32,000 nucleotides of DNA from Horticoccus luteus. Lineage in GTDB: Bacteria > Verrucomicrobiota > Verrucomicrobiia > Opitutales > Opitutaceae. Below the pieces are notes generated by a model that was given only the letters and a program-made list of their open reading frames with translations, was not told the origin of the DNA and searched no databases. Where the stretch lies: the NCBI RefSeq assembly GCF_019464535.1, contig NZ_CP080507.1, positions 3,750,001 through 3,782,000 of the forward strand, read 5' to 3'. Numbering within the stretch: position 1 is the stretch's first letter; every line of letters begins with the position of its first letter. Of the stretch, positions 14,268-21,978 are shown piece after piece. The position numbers and the translations under genes were made by a program.

Positions 14268-16669
14268 TGCGCGCGTTCCTCCGCTTTTTGCGGCTCGCGG
14301 CGATCATCGCCGCGGTCGTCGTCCTCTTGCTCGCGGTGGCCGGCGGTTGGTTTTACTGGCGGCTCCACCGCAGTCTGCCGCAACTCGACGGCACGGCGCC
14401 CCTTCCCGGTTTGTCGGCGCGCGTCACGGTCACGCGCGACGCATTGGGCGTGCCCACGATTCAGGGCGCCACGCGCCTCGACGTCGCCCGCGCTCTCGGC
14501 TACCTGCACGCGCAGGATCGGTTTTTCCAAATGGATCTGCTCCGCCGCAGTGCCGCGGGCGAACTCTCCGAACTGATCGGTTCCGCCACGATCGAACTCG
14601 ACAAGCTGCATCGCGTGCATGGCTTCCGCCGCAGCGCGCACGCGACGTTCGCGGCCTCCGCCCCCGCGCAACGCGATCTCCTCGAAGCCTACGCCGCCGG
14701 CGTCAACGCCGGCCTCGCCGCCCTTCGCTCCCGCCCGTTCGAATACCTCGTGTTCCGCGCTCAACCGCAGCCCTGGCTCCCCGAGGATTCCCTGCTCGTC
14801 GGTTACGCGATGATGCTCGACCTGCAAGGCGATCACGGCACCGGCCGCTATGAACGCACGCTCACCGCCCTTCGCGATCAACTCGGCGGCGAAGCCGTTT
14901 CCTTCTTCGCCCCCACGCTCACGCCGACCGACGCCGCCCTCGACGGCACCACCGCGCCCCTCGCACCAATCCCGTCCGCCCGCGTCATCGACCTCCGCCG
15001 CCGCGCTGTCGCCGCCGCACTTCCCGCGCGCGAGGATCCGCTCTTGCCCGGCAGCAACAGCTTCGCTCTTTCCGGCGCCCACACCACGACCGGCGCCGCC
15101 CTCCTTGCGAACGATACACACCTCGGCCTCAGCGTGCCCAACACCTGGTATCGCGCGTCCCTCACCTGGCCCGGCGCCAGCGGTGCACCCGCGCACCACG
15201 TCACCGGCGTCACGCTTCCCGGCACCCCCCTCGTTGTCGCCGGCAGCAACGGCCACGTCGCCTGGGGTTTCACCCACTCGTATGCCGATACCACCGACGT
15301 CGTCATCGTCGAGCCCAACGGCATCGCCGATTTTCTCTACAAAGTCGGCGACAAGAGCGTCGACTTCGAACATCGCCACGAAGTCATCCGCGTGCGCGGC
15401 GGCAAACCCGTCGCGCTCGACGTCGCATGGACCGTCTGGGGCCCCGTCATCGGCACCGCCGCCAACACCCGTCCCCTCGCCCTCCGCTGGGTCGCCCACG
15501 AGCCGCATGCCGTTGACCTGACGCTCGTGGAAATGGAAACCGCCACCACCGCCGCCGAAGGCGTTGCGATCATGCAACGCGCCGGGCTCCCGCCCGAAAA
15601 CGTCCTCCTCGCCGATGCCCAGGGCCACATCGCCTGGACCGTCGCCGGCAAATTCCCAAAACGCGTCGGCTTCGACGGCCGTTACGATGTGTCGTGGACT
15701 TACGGTGATCGTCGCTGGGACGGATTCTATTCCGCCGCCGAAACGCCTTCGCTCCTCGACCCGCCCGACGGCCGCCTGTGGACCGCCAACAACCGCGTCG
15801 TCGGCGGCGCTGGCCTCGCTGTCCTCGGCGACGGCGGCTACGCCAACCCCGCCCGCGCCGCGCAGATTCGCGACGACCTCCGCGCCCTCGACCACGCGCA
15901 ACCCCGCGACCTGCTCAACATCCAGCTCGACGACCGCGCCGTGTTTCTTGCGCGCTGGCACGCCTTGCTCCTGCGCGTGCTCACCCCCGACGCCACCGCC
16001 GCGCAGCCCGCGCGCGCCGAGTTGCGCCGCCTCGTCGAAAAGTGGGATGACCGCGCCAGCACCGACTCCGTCAGCTACCGCCTCGTGCGCGCGTTTCGCA
16101 ACGCCACCGCCGCGCTCGTCCTCGATCCCATCTTCGCCCCCTGCACGCGTTCCTACGACGCCTTCGACTGGCACGAACTGCCCTACGAGCCCGCCCTCTG
16201 GCGCCTGCTCGAAGCGCAACCCGTCCACCTGTTGAATCCCAAATTTCACCGCTGGGACGACCTGCTCACCGCCGCCGCCGATCAAGTGCTCGCGCGCCTC
16301 GACGACCAGGGCGTTGCGCCTGCGCACGCGACCTGGGGCGCCCTCAACACCGCCCGCATCCGCCATCCGCTCTCCCTCGTGCTGCCCGGCTGGCTGACCG
16401 GCTGGCTGACCGGCTGGCTTGATATGCCCGCCGACCAGCTTCCCGGCGACACCAACATGCCGCGCGTGCAAGGTCCCTCTTTCGGTGCCAGCGAGCGCTT
16501 TGTCGTTTCGCCCGGCCACGAAGCCGAAGGCATTTTCCACATGCCCGGCGGCGAAAGCGGCCATCCGCTCTCCCCGTTCTACCGGGCCGGCCACGAAGCC
16601 TGGGTGCATGGGAAACCCACGCCGTTTCTGCCCGGCCCTGCCCAACACACCCTCACGCTCACGCCGTAG
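14267..16669 (+). CDS. Penicillin-acylase (S45, Ntn-hydrolase) family protein with an N-terminal membrane anchor
   Basis: The ATG at 14267 overlaps the gntK-fusion stop (TGATG). The TM helix is 'LAAIIAAVVVLLLAVAGGWFYW'. 'DALGVPTIQGATRLDVARALGYLHAQDRFFQMDLLRR' is the acylase alpha-subunit motif. 'LPGSNSFAL' is the putative autoprocessing site and nucleophile Ser. About 800 aa. Confidence 0.85.
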   Translation: MRAFLRFLRLAAIIAAVVVLLLAVAGGWFYWRLHRSLPQLDGTAPLPGLSARVTVTRDALGVPTIQGATRLDVARALGYLHAQDRFFQMDLLRRSAAGELSELIGSATIELDKLHRVHGFRRSAHATFAASAPAQRDLLEAYAAGVNAGLAALRSRPFEYLVFRAQPQPWLPEDSLLVGYAMMLDLQGDHGTGRYERTLTALRDQLGGEAVSFFAPTLTPTDAALDGTTAPLAPIPSARVIDLRRRAVAAALPAREDPLLPGSNSFALSGAHTTTGAALLANDTHLGLSVPNTWYRASLTWPGASGAPAHHVTGVTLPGTPLVVAGSNGHVAWGFTHSYADTTDVVIVEPNGIADFLYKVGDKSVDFEHRHEVIRVRGGKPVALDVAWTVWGPVIGTAANTRPLALRWVAHEPHAVDLTLVEMETATTAAEGVAIMQRAGLPPENVLLADAQGHIAWTVAGKFPKRVGFDGRYDVSWTYGDRRWDGFYSAAETPSLLDPPDGRLWTANNRVVGGAGLAVLGDGGYANPARAAQIRDDLRALDHAQPRDLLNIQLDDRAVFLARWHALLLRVLTPDATAAQPARAELRRLVEKWDDRASTDSVSYRLVRAFRNATAALVLDPIFAPCTRSYDAFDWHELPYEPALWRLLEAQPVHLLNPKFHRWDDLLTAAADQVLARLDDQGVAPAHATWGALNTARIRHPLSLVLPGWLTGWLTGWLDMPADQLPGDTNMPRVQGPSFGASERFVVSPGHEAEGIFHMPGGESGHPLSPFYRAGHEAWVHGKPTPFLPGPAQHTLTLTP
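16388..16420 (+). repeat. In-frame 12-nt tandem repeat (ggctggctgacc, about 2.7 copies) inside the acylase gene
   Basis: ggctggctgacc|ggctggctgacc|ggctggctt encodes GWLT-GWLT-GWL(D). The first two copies are identical. Confidence 0.9.
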
Positions 16670-16771
16670 CCGGCGAGCGCACGGCGGTCGCGCCGCTCGT
16701 CGCTTTCGCCGGCCGCCAGCCTTTCGCATTGAGCCGCGCTTTGATTCAGCCCTTGCTCGCGCGCACGTGGC

Positions 16772-17470
16772 ATGAGCAAGACGCAACGCAGCTTCACCGT
16801 TTATTTCGCCGGCGCGCTCTTCACCACGAAGGATCTCATCGGCAACGCCTATCTCGCCGAGGCGATTTACGAACGCTCCCACGGCCGTTACCGCAGCGTG
16901 CTTCCCCAGGATGCTTCGCCGCGCGGCCGCTCGCCCCAAGCCATCCGCGATCACGCCCTGCGCGCCCTCTTCGCCGCCGACCTCGCGCTTTTCAACTACG
17001 ACGGCCTTGAGCTCGATTCCGGCACCGTCGCCGAATTCATGGCCGCGAAATTCGCCGACATCCCCGCCGTCCTCCTCCGCAGCGATGCCCGCTCCACCAC
17101 CGCGCGCCGCCCGCAGCCTTGGAATGTGATGACGAGTTTCTTCCCCCGCACCGCGACTGTTCTGCTGCCCAGTCTCCCGCTCTACCATGGATGGCACGAG
17201 AAACGTCATCCTCGCGCCGCCGACGACGTCGTTCGCCTCGCGGGCTTGCACGCCTCCGCCGACGCCCAGCGCGTGTGCGACCACATCGCCCTCCACTGCG
17301 TGCGCGCCTTCGACCGCCTCGTCGCGCTCGAACCCGTGATGCCGAAACATCTCCGCGAAGAGGTTTACCAATGGCTGGCGCTCATGCCCGGCTTCCGCGG
17401 CAAGGCGAAAGCCCTCCGCAAAGAATTCGAGCGCTGTCTCGAACAGAAAGTGAAACGCGATCTGCTCTAG
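16772..17470 (+). CDS. Nucleoside 2-deoxyribosyltransferase-like protein
   Basis: 'FTVYFAGALFTTKDLIGNAYLAEAI' (the YFAG..F motif), 'AADLALFNYDGLELDSGTVAEFMAAKFADIPAVLLRSD' (the D.GT..E catalytic Glu region), and an extra C-terminal helical region of about 100 aa. Confidence 0.72.
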   Translation: MSKTQRSFTVYFAGALFTTKDLIGNAYLAEAIYERSHGRYRSVLPQDASPRGRSPQAIRDHALRALFAADLALFNYDGLELDSGTVAEFMAAKFADIPAVLLRSDARSTTARRPQPWNVMTSFFPRTATVLLPSLPLYHGWHEKRHPRAADDVVRLAGLHASADAQRVCDHIALHCVRAFDRLVALEPVMPKHLREEVYQWLALMPGFRGKAKALRKEFERCLEQKVKRDLL

Positions 17471-17493
17471 AAAACGCCTGCTTACCCCACTCC

Positions 17494-18111
17494 ATGCTGC
17501 ACGTCCTCGATCACCCGTTAGCCGCGCACGTCATTACTCACCTGCGCGACAAAACCACCAAGCCCGCGACCTTTCGCACGCTCGCCTACCAGATCAGCCT
17601 CCTGCTCGCGATCGAGGCCACGCGCAATCTCGCCGTCGAAGACAAACTCATCGAAACGCCGCTCGAGCCGATGCACGGTCGCGTGCTCGCGCACAGTCCG
17701 CTCGTCGTCGTGCCCATCCTCCGCGCCGGCCTCGGCATGGTGCAGCCGTTCCTCGACATCTTTCCCGACGTCAGCGTCGGCTACATCGGGCTCGAACGCG
17801 ACCATGCTACCGCCGTCGCCCGCAGTTATTACTGCAAACTTCCTCCCCTCGCGGGCAACACCGTCTTCCTCGTCGATCCCATGCTCGCCACCGGCGGCTC
17901 CGCGGCACAGGCGCTGACGGTCGCCAAGGAAAACGGCGCCACCGCGCCGCGCCTCGTCTGCATCGTCGCCTCGCCCACCGGCGTCGCCGAGATCGAGCGT
18001 CATCATCCCGGCACCGAAATCTACGTCGCCGCGCTCGACCGCGAGCTCAACGCCCGCAAATACATTCTCCCCGGCCTCGGCGACTTCGGTGACCGCCTCT
18101 ACGGCACGTGA
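17494..18111 (+). CDS. upp: Uracil phosphoribosyltransferase
   Basis: The start is MLHVLDHPL, an internal ATG of track ORF 17119..18111. 'HPL..H.IT.LRDK.T', 'VVVPILRAGLGM', the PRPP loop 'VFLVDPMLATGGSA', and 'YILPGLGDFGDRLYGT' at the C-terminus. Confidence 0.95.
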   Translation: MLHVLDHPLAAHVITHLRDKTTKPATFRTLAYQISLLLAIEATRNLAVEDKLIETPLEPMHGRVLAHSPLVVVPILRAGLGMVQPFLDIFPDVSVGYIGLERDHATAVARSYYCKLPPLAGNTVFLVDPMLATGGSAAQALTVAKENGATAPRLVCIVASPTGVAEIERHHPGTEIYVAALDRELNARKYILPGLGDFGDRLYGT

Positions 18112-18135
18112 ACGTCCGCGCGCGGCGCGCGCGCC

Positions 18136-18639
18136 TCACCGCTCCCACGTTTCCGCCGCGTCGCGCACCGCCTGCTGCAACATCGGCCAGCGCACTTCGC
18201 CGTAGTTAAACGCGTAGCACAGCTTCCCGTCGCGCATCACCCACGTCGTCGGCAGCCACGTCACTGGCAGATCCATGAACACTTCCGCCCGCTCGCCCGC
18301 TTTGCGCGATGCTTGCGGATGCGACACCACCGTCAGATTCCCGCGATCCACCACCCCCGAATCGGCGAGCAATTTCTTGCCGTCCTCCGCGCTCCACATC
18401 GTCACAAACACGAATTTCACGTCGAGATTCGACGCCACAAACGTGCTCCATCCGTCCTTCGCCAGCTCGGCGCGGCTGTTGGGACACCACGGCGCCCAGA
18501 AGTGCACCACCGTCACCTGCGGCCCCGCCGCGATCGCCGCCACTTGCTCCTCCACATCCAGCCAGCCGGCGTGCCCCGGCGCGCTTCGCGCTCCCGTCAC
18601 CATCAGCAACGACCCCAGCATCAGCAGCAGCGTTTTCAT
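18136..18639 (-). CDS. Secreted thioredoxin-fold (TlpA/ResA-like) protein with a CxxS active-site variant
   Basis: Signal peptide MKTLLLMLGSLLMVTGARSA. 'VTVVHFWAPWCPNSRAEL' is a thioredoxin-like motif with tgt-ccc-aac-agc (C-P-N-S) at 18475-18486 in place of CxxC. It lies 9 nt downstream of the preceding gene. Confidence 0.7.
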   Translation of the reverse strand: MKTLLLMLGSLLMVTGARSAPGHAGWLDVEEQVAAIAAGPQVTVVHFWAPWCPNSRAELAKDGWSTFVASNLDVKFVFVTMWSAEDGKKLLADSGVVDRGNLTVVSHPQASRKAGERAEVFMDLPVTWLPTTWVMRDGKLCYAFNYGEVRWPMLQQAVRDAAETWER

Positions 18640-18648
18640 TTTTCAGCT

Positions 18649-19479
18649 CTAGGGGGTGGGCGCCGGCGAAGCAACCGCCGGCTGCTTTCCGTCCAGCTCC
18701 ATCAGTCGCTGCCGCACCAAATAATGCCGCTGGTCGCGCGGGAACTCGCGCAGCAACTTTTCATAAAACGTCCGCGCCTGCGCCACGTTTCCCGCTGCAC
18801 GCGAAAGCTCCGCGATCTGCACGTAAGTGTCCGCCCGCGTGATCAGCTCCAAATTCCCCTCGCGCTCCGCCGCCAGCAGATGCGGCAACGCCTGCTGCGC
18901 CGGCAGTCGGTAGTGAAAGATCGCGCCCGCCACCACGAGATGCAGTTCGCTCCGCGCCGCGGGCTGTTGCGCCCACGCCAATAGTTTTTCCGCGCGGGCA
19001 ATGCGCTCCGCCGGCGGCTCGTCGAGCTGCAGCGCGTAAACCTCCAGCAACGCCAGCCGGCTGATCGCCGCCTGCGCCCAGCGCGACGCCGGTTGCTGTT
19101 CGATCAACGCGCGAAACTCCCGCGCCGCTGCCGCCGGGTTCGGCCGCGAGAGATGATGCTGCGCGATTCGCCCCAGATAAAACCGCGCCGCCAGCGCCAC
19201 GTCGTCGCGCCCCTCGTCCGCCAGCGCCGCGAATTTTTCCCGCGCGGCCTCCGTCTGCGCATCGCTCACCGGCTGCGTCACGAGCATCGCCACCGCCTCG
19301 CCCAAGCGCGCCTCGCGCGCGGTCGCCGGCTGACCCGCCGCCTGCACCTGCGCGAAGATTTTCCGCGCGACCTCCGGTTGATAGCCGGCAATCGCCCGCC
19401 AGCCATCGGCCAGGCCCGCGCCGCGCGCCGCCACCGCTCCGCCCAACACCAGCGCCGCCATGCCAAAGGCAATTCTCAT
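18649..19479 (-). CDS. Secreted all-helical TPR-like repeat protein, paralog A
   Basis: The start is MRIAFGMAALVLGG (cat at 19477-19479), overlapping the upstream SBP stop as ATGA. It has a signal peptide and an Ala/Leu/Arg-rich helical repeat body. The C-terminal 'RADTYVQIAELSRAAGNVAQARTFYEKLLREFPRDQRHY' is TPR-like and paralogous to 21109..21978. The upstream part of track ORF 18649..20094 is rejected. Confidence 0.65.
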   Translation of the reverse strand: MRIAFGMAALVLGGAVAARGAGLADGWRAIAGYQPEVARKIFAQVQAAGQPATAREARLGEAVAMLVTQPVSDAQTEAAREKFAALADEGRDDVALAARFYLGRIAQHHLSRPNPAAAAREFRALIEQQPASRWAQAAISRLALLEVYALQLDEPPAERIARAEKLLAWAQQPAARSELHLVVAGAIFHYRLPAQQALPHLLAAEREGNLELITRADTYVQIAELSRAAGNVAQARTFYEKLLREFPRDQRHYLVRQRLMELDGKQPAVASPAPTP

Positions 19480-21050
19480 TGTCGCCTCGGCTGCGCGAGC
19501 AACTCGCGTTGTTGATACAAGGTTGCTTCGTTCATCACCGTCGCCAGCGGCAGCGCCTCCGCTGGATGATCGCGCGGCGCGAGCTCCACCTTCGCGGCTG
19601 CCACCGCGTCTTCCCGGCACATATTCTGCCGCCCCGCGCTTTCCAGCCGCCGCAAATCCTCGCGAATCACACCCTCCACGCCCGCGTTGATCGCCGCGCG
19701 ATACGCCTCCACGCTGCCGCCCTCGCCCCACAATTTGCTGATTTGCGTGCGCAGGTAATTCAAGGCGTCCGTGCCCGTCAGCCCCATGAAACTCGCGCCC
19801 CACCCGATGCCTTCCGTCTCCTGGGTAAACTGCGCCGCGAAGTTCGAGGGCCGCACCCCGATCGTCGCCGGCTGCCAGTTGCTGATGTTGGTGAAAAGCG
19901 TGGCGCCTTCCTGGCTCGTCAGAAACCGTAGGAAATCCAACGCCTCCGCGCGATGCTTCGTCGTGCGGTTGAGATAGAAACCCATGCCCGTCAGCACCGG
20001 CCCTTCGCTGAACGGCCCGCGCGTGAACCGGCCGTAAACCGGGTCGTCCTCCCGCGGATGCGGGTAGCGAAACGCGCCGATCGCAAACGGACACATCTGC
20101 AGCAGGCTGCTCGCATCCCAGCTCGGCACCACCGCCATCAACGCCCGGCCGTTCACGAAATCCGCCAGCGCCGCATCCCGCGTGCGTTGCAAAAACCCCG
20201 GCGTGCTCACGTCGCCCAGCTCGCGCAGCAGATGCAGCGCCGCCACCACGTCCGGCGTGTTGTAGCTCCAGTCGCCGCGCAAATAGTCGCCCGCCGCCTC
20301 CAGATCCGTAATGCGCAACCGGTGATCAAAATCCAGCCGCTCCGCGAGGCCGGTCAGCTCGCAGCTCATGATCGCATACATCACAAACGCGTAACTGTCC
20401 TTCGACATCGCCAGCGGAGACAGCGTGAGCCCGTGCGTCTGCGCGTAACGTTTCGTCGTCGCGCACAACGCCAGAAACGCCCGGTAATCCGCCGGCGGCG
20501 TCTCCGCCCCGGTGATCGTTTTCAACATCGCCCGGTTGTAGACGAGCCGCGGGATGTGCGAGGTCACCGTGATGGCATAGTAGTGGTTCAACGCCTTCAC
20601 GAAACTGTCCTCATTCGTCATGCCATCGACGTTGGTGTCGCGCCACGCCACGCCTTCGAGCGGCGTCCCGCGATTGTAAGGATTCGGCTTCACCACCTCG
20701 TCATCGATCGGCTGGAAATACCGCGGGATGTTCGGCCACGCCCAGACATACTCCACGAGGTCGGGCCCCGTGCCGCCGACCATCTGCGTCTGCACCCACG
20801 GCAGATAAATCGTGTCGCTGCCCGGCACGTCGATGCGCTCCACCTTCACGTGCGGGTTCAATTCTTCGTAACGCTTGATGATCGCGTCGAGCGCCTCGCG
20901 CACCGTCCCTTCCAGCTGCCACTGCGAAAATCGAATCGTCACCTGCCCGGGCGGCGTCGGCGCAGCCGTGCGGCGAAATACCACCGCGGCCGACACCAGA
21001 TAAGCGGCGGCGAGCACGATGAACGCAGGCTGGGGCAACCGGAAACGCAC
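19476..21050 (-). CDS. Extracellular solute-binding protein family-1-like protein, N-terminally membrane-anchored, paralog A
   Basis: TM anchor 'AFIVLAAAYLVSAAVVF'. 'VTIRFSQWQLEG..REALDAIIKRYEELNPHVKVE' is a typical SBP_bac_1 N-terminus. 'ALDFLRFLTSQEGATLF' is a typical SBP C-lobe motif. There is a charged C-terminal extension of about 70 aa. Confidence 0.78.
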   Translation of the reverse strand: MRFRLPQPAFIVLAAAYLVSAAVVFRRTAAPTPPGQVTIRFSQWQLEGTVREALDAIIKRYEELNPHVKVERIDVPGSDTIYLPWVQTQMVGGTGPDLVEYVWAWPNIPRYFQPIDDEVVKPNPYNRGTPLEGVAWRDTNVDGMTNEDSFVKALNHYYAITVTSHIPRLVYNRAMLKTITGAETPPADYRAFLALCATTKRYAQTHGLTLSPLAMSKDSYAFVMYAIMSCELTGLAERLDFDHRLRITDLEAAGDYLRGDWSYNTPDVVAALHLLRELGDVSTPGFLQRTRDAALADFVNGRALMAVVPSWDASSLLQMCPFAIGAFRYPHPREDDPVYGRFTRGPFSEGPVLTGMGFYLNRTTKHRAEALDFLRFLTSQEGATLFTNISNWQPATIGVRPSNFAAQFTQETEGIGWGASFMGLTGTDALNYLRTQISKLWGEGGSVEAYRAAINAGVEGVIREDLRRLESAGRQNMCREDAVAAAKVELAPRDHPAEALPLATVMNEATLYQQRELLAQPRRQ

Positions 21051-21108
21051 GAACGCCCGCCGACGTTGCCGCGCCTCCCCGCCAACGCAATCTCCGCGTG
21101 CGCTCCCG

Positions 21109-21978
21109 TTAAGGCACCGCCGGCTTTTTCCCCGCCGCCACCGCGTCGATCACCTGCCGCAAACTCCAGTTGCGCCAATCCCGCGGAAACTCCTTCGCCA
21201 GCTTCGCGGCGTAGGCGTTGGCCTGGGCCAACTGGCCGAGTCGCGCCGACAAATCCCCGATCTGCACATACATGTCCGCGCGGATCGTTTCCGAAAGCGG
21301 CAGATGCTCGCTCAGCTTCCCCGCCGCCACCAGGTGCGCCAGCGCGTCCGTTTCCGGCCGTTCATAATAGAGGGTCGCATCCGCGAGCATCAGATGCAGG
21401 TCGCGCGCGTTGACCGGTTCCGCCTGCGGCAGCATCGCCTCCACCGCCGCCAGTCGCGCGGCCGCGTTGTCCGCGGGCAGGACATACAGCGTCAACACCG
21501 CGAGCTTCATCAACGCGAGCTGCCCCCAATAGTTTGTCCCGTGCTCGCGGATGAGCGCGCGATAACCCGCCGCCGCCGCATCGAAATCCGGCTCCTCGCG
21601 AAACGCCTGCGCCATGCGCGCCTCGAAATATTTCGCCGCCAGCGCAAACTCGTCGTCGCCCGTCGCCAGCTCGTGCAACGTCGCCCGCGCCCGCGCGAGA
21701 TTATCCGGGAGCACCGGCTGCACGCTCAGCAAGCTCAGCGCCGCGCCCAGCCGCACCTCCCGCGTGTCGCCGCCCGGCTGTTTCAACACGCGCTCGAATT
21801 CATGATGCGCTTCGTTGGCGAAGTAACGCGCACTGTCGCGCCAGGCTTTGATCGCGATCGACGGCGCCGCCGGTTTCGCCACGTCCCCTGCGTCCGCTGA
21901 CTGCGCTGCCTCCGCACCGCGCGCGACCACGCCCGCGAGCAGCACCGCCCCGATGATTATGTAGCGCGCGGTTCTCAT
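21109..21978 (-). CDS. Secreted all-helical TPR-like repeat protein, paralog B
   Basis: Signal peptide MRTARYIIIGAVLLAGVVARG. 'RADMYVQIGDLSARLGQLAQANAYAAKLAKEFPRDWRNW' aligns with paralog A. The start overlaps the upstream SBP stop as ATGA (21975-21978). Confidence 0.65.
   Translation of the reverse strand: MRTARYIIIGAVLLAGVVARGAEAAQSADAGDVAKPAAPSIAIKAWRDSARYFANEAHHEFERVLKQPGGDTREVRLGAALSLLSVQPVLPDNLARARATLHELATGDDEFALAAKYFEARMAQAFREEPDFDAAAAGYRALIREHGTNYWGQLALMKLAVLTLYVLPADNAAARLAAVEAMLPQAEPVNARDLHLMLADATLYYERPETDALAHLVAAGKLSEHLPLSETIRADMYVQIGDLSARLGQLAQANAYAAKLAKEFPRDWRNWSLRQVIDAVAAGKKPAVP

Noticed and set aside
14081-17371. 1096-aa minus-strand ORF, the longest in the window
   Set aside because: It is antisense to two independently recognisable plus-strand genes (acylase and NDT-like) and also crosses their intergenic region. 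Its composition is Gly/Ala/Arg/Glu/Val-dominated with no recognisable motifs. It is a typical stop-poor shadow frame in GC-rich DNA.
18112-18135. GC palindrome (gcgcgcggcgcgcgcgc) between the convergent upp and thioredoxin-like genes as a bidirectional terminator
   Set aside because: There is essentially no loop and no flanking T/A tracts. It is not a convincing intrinsic terminator.
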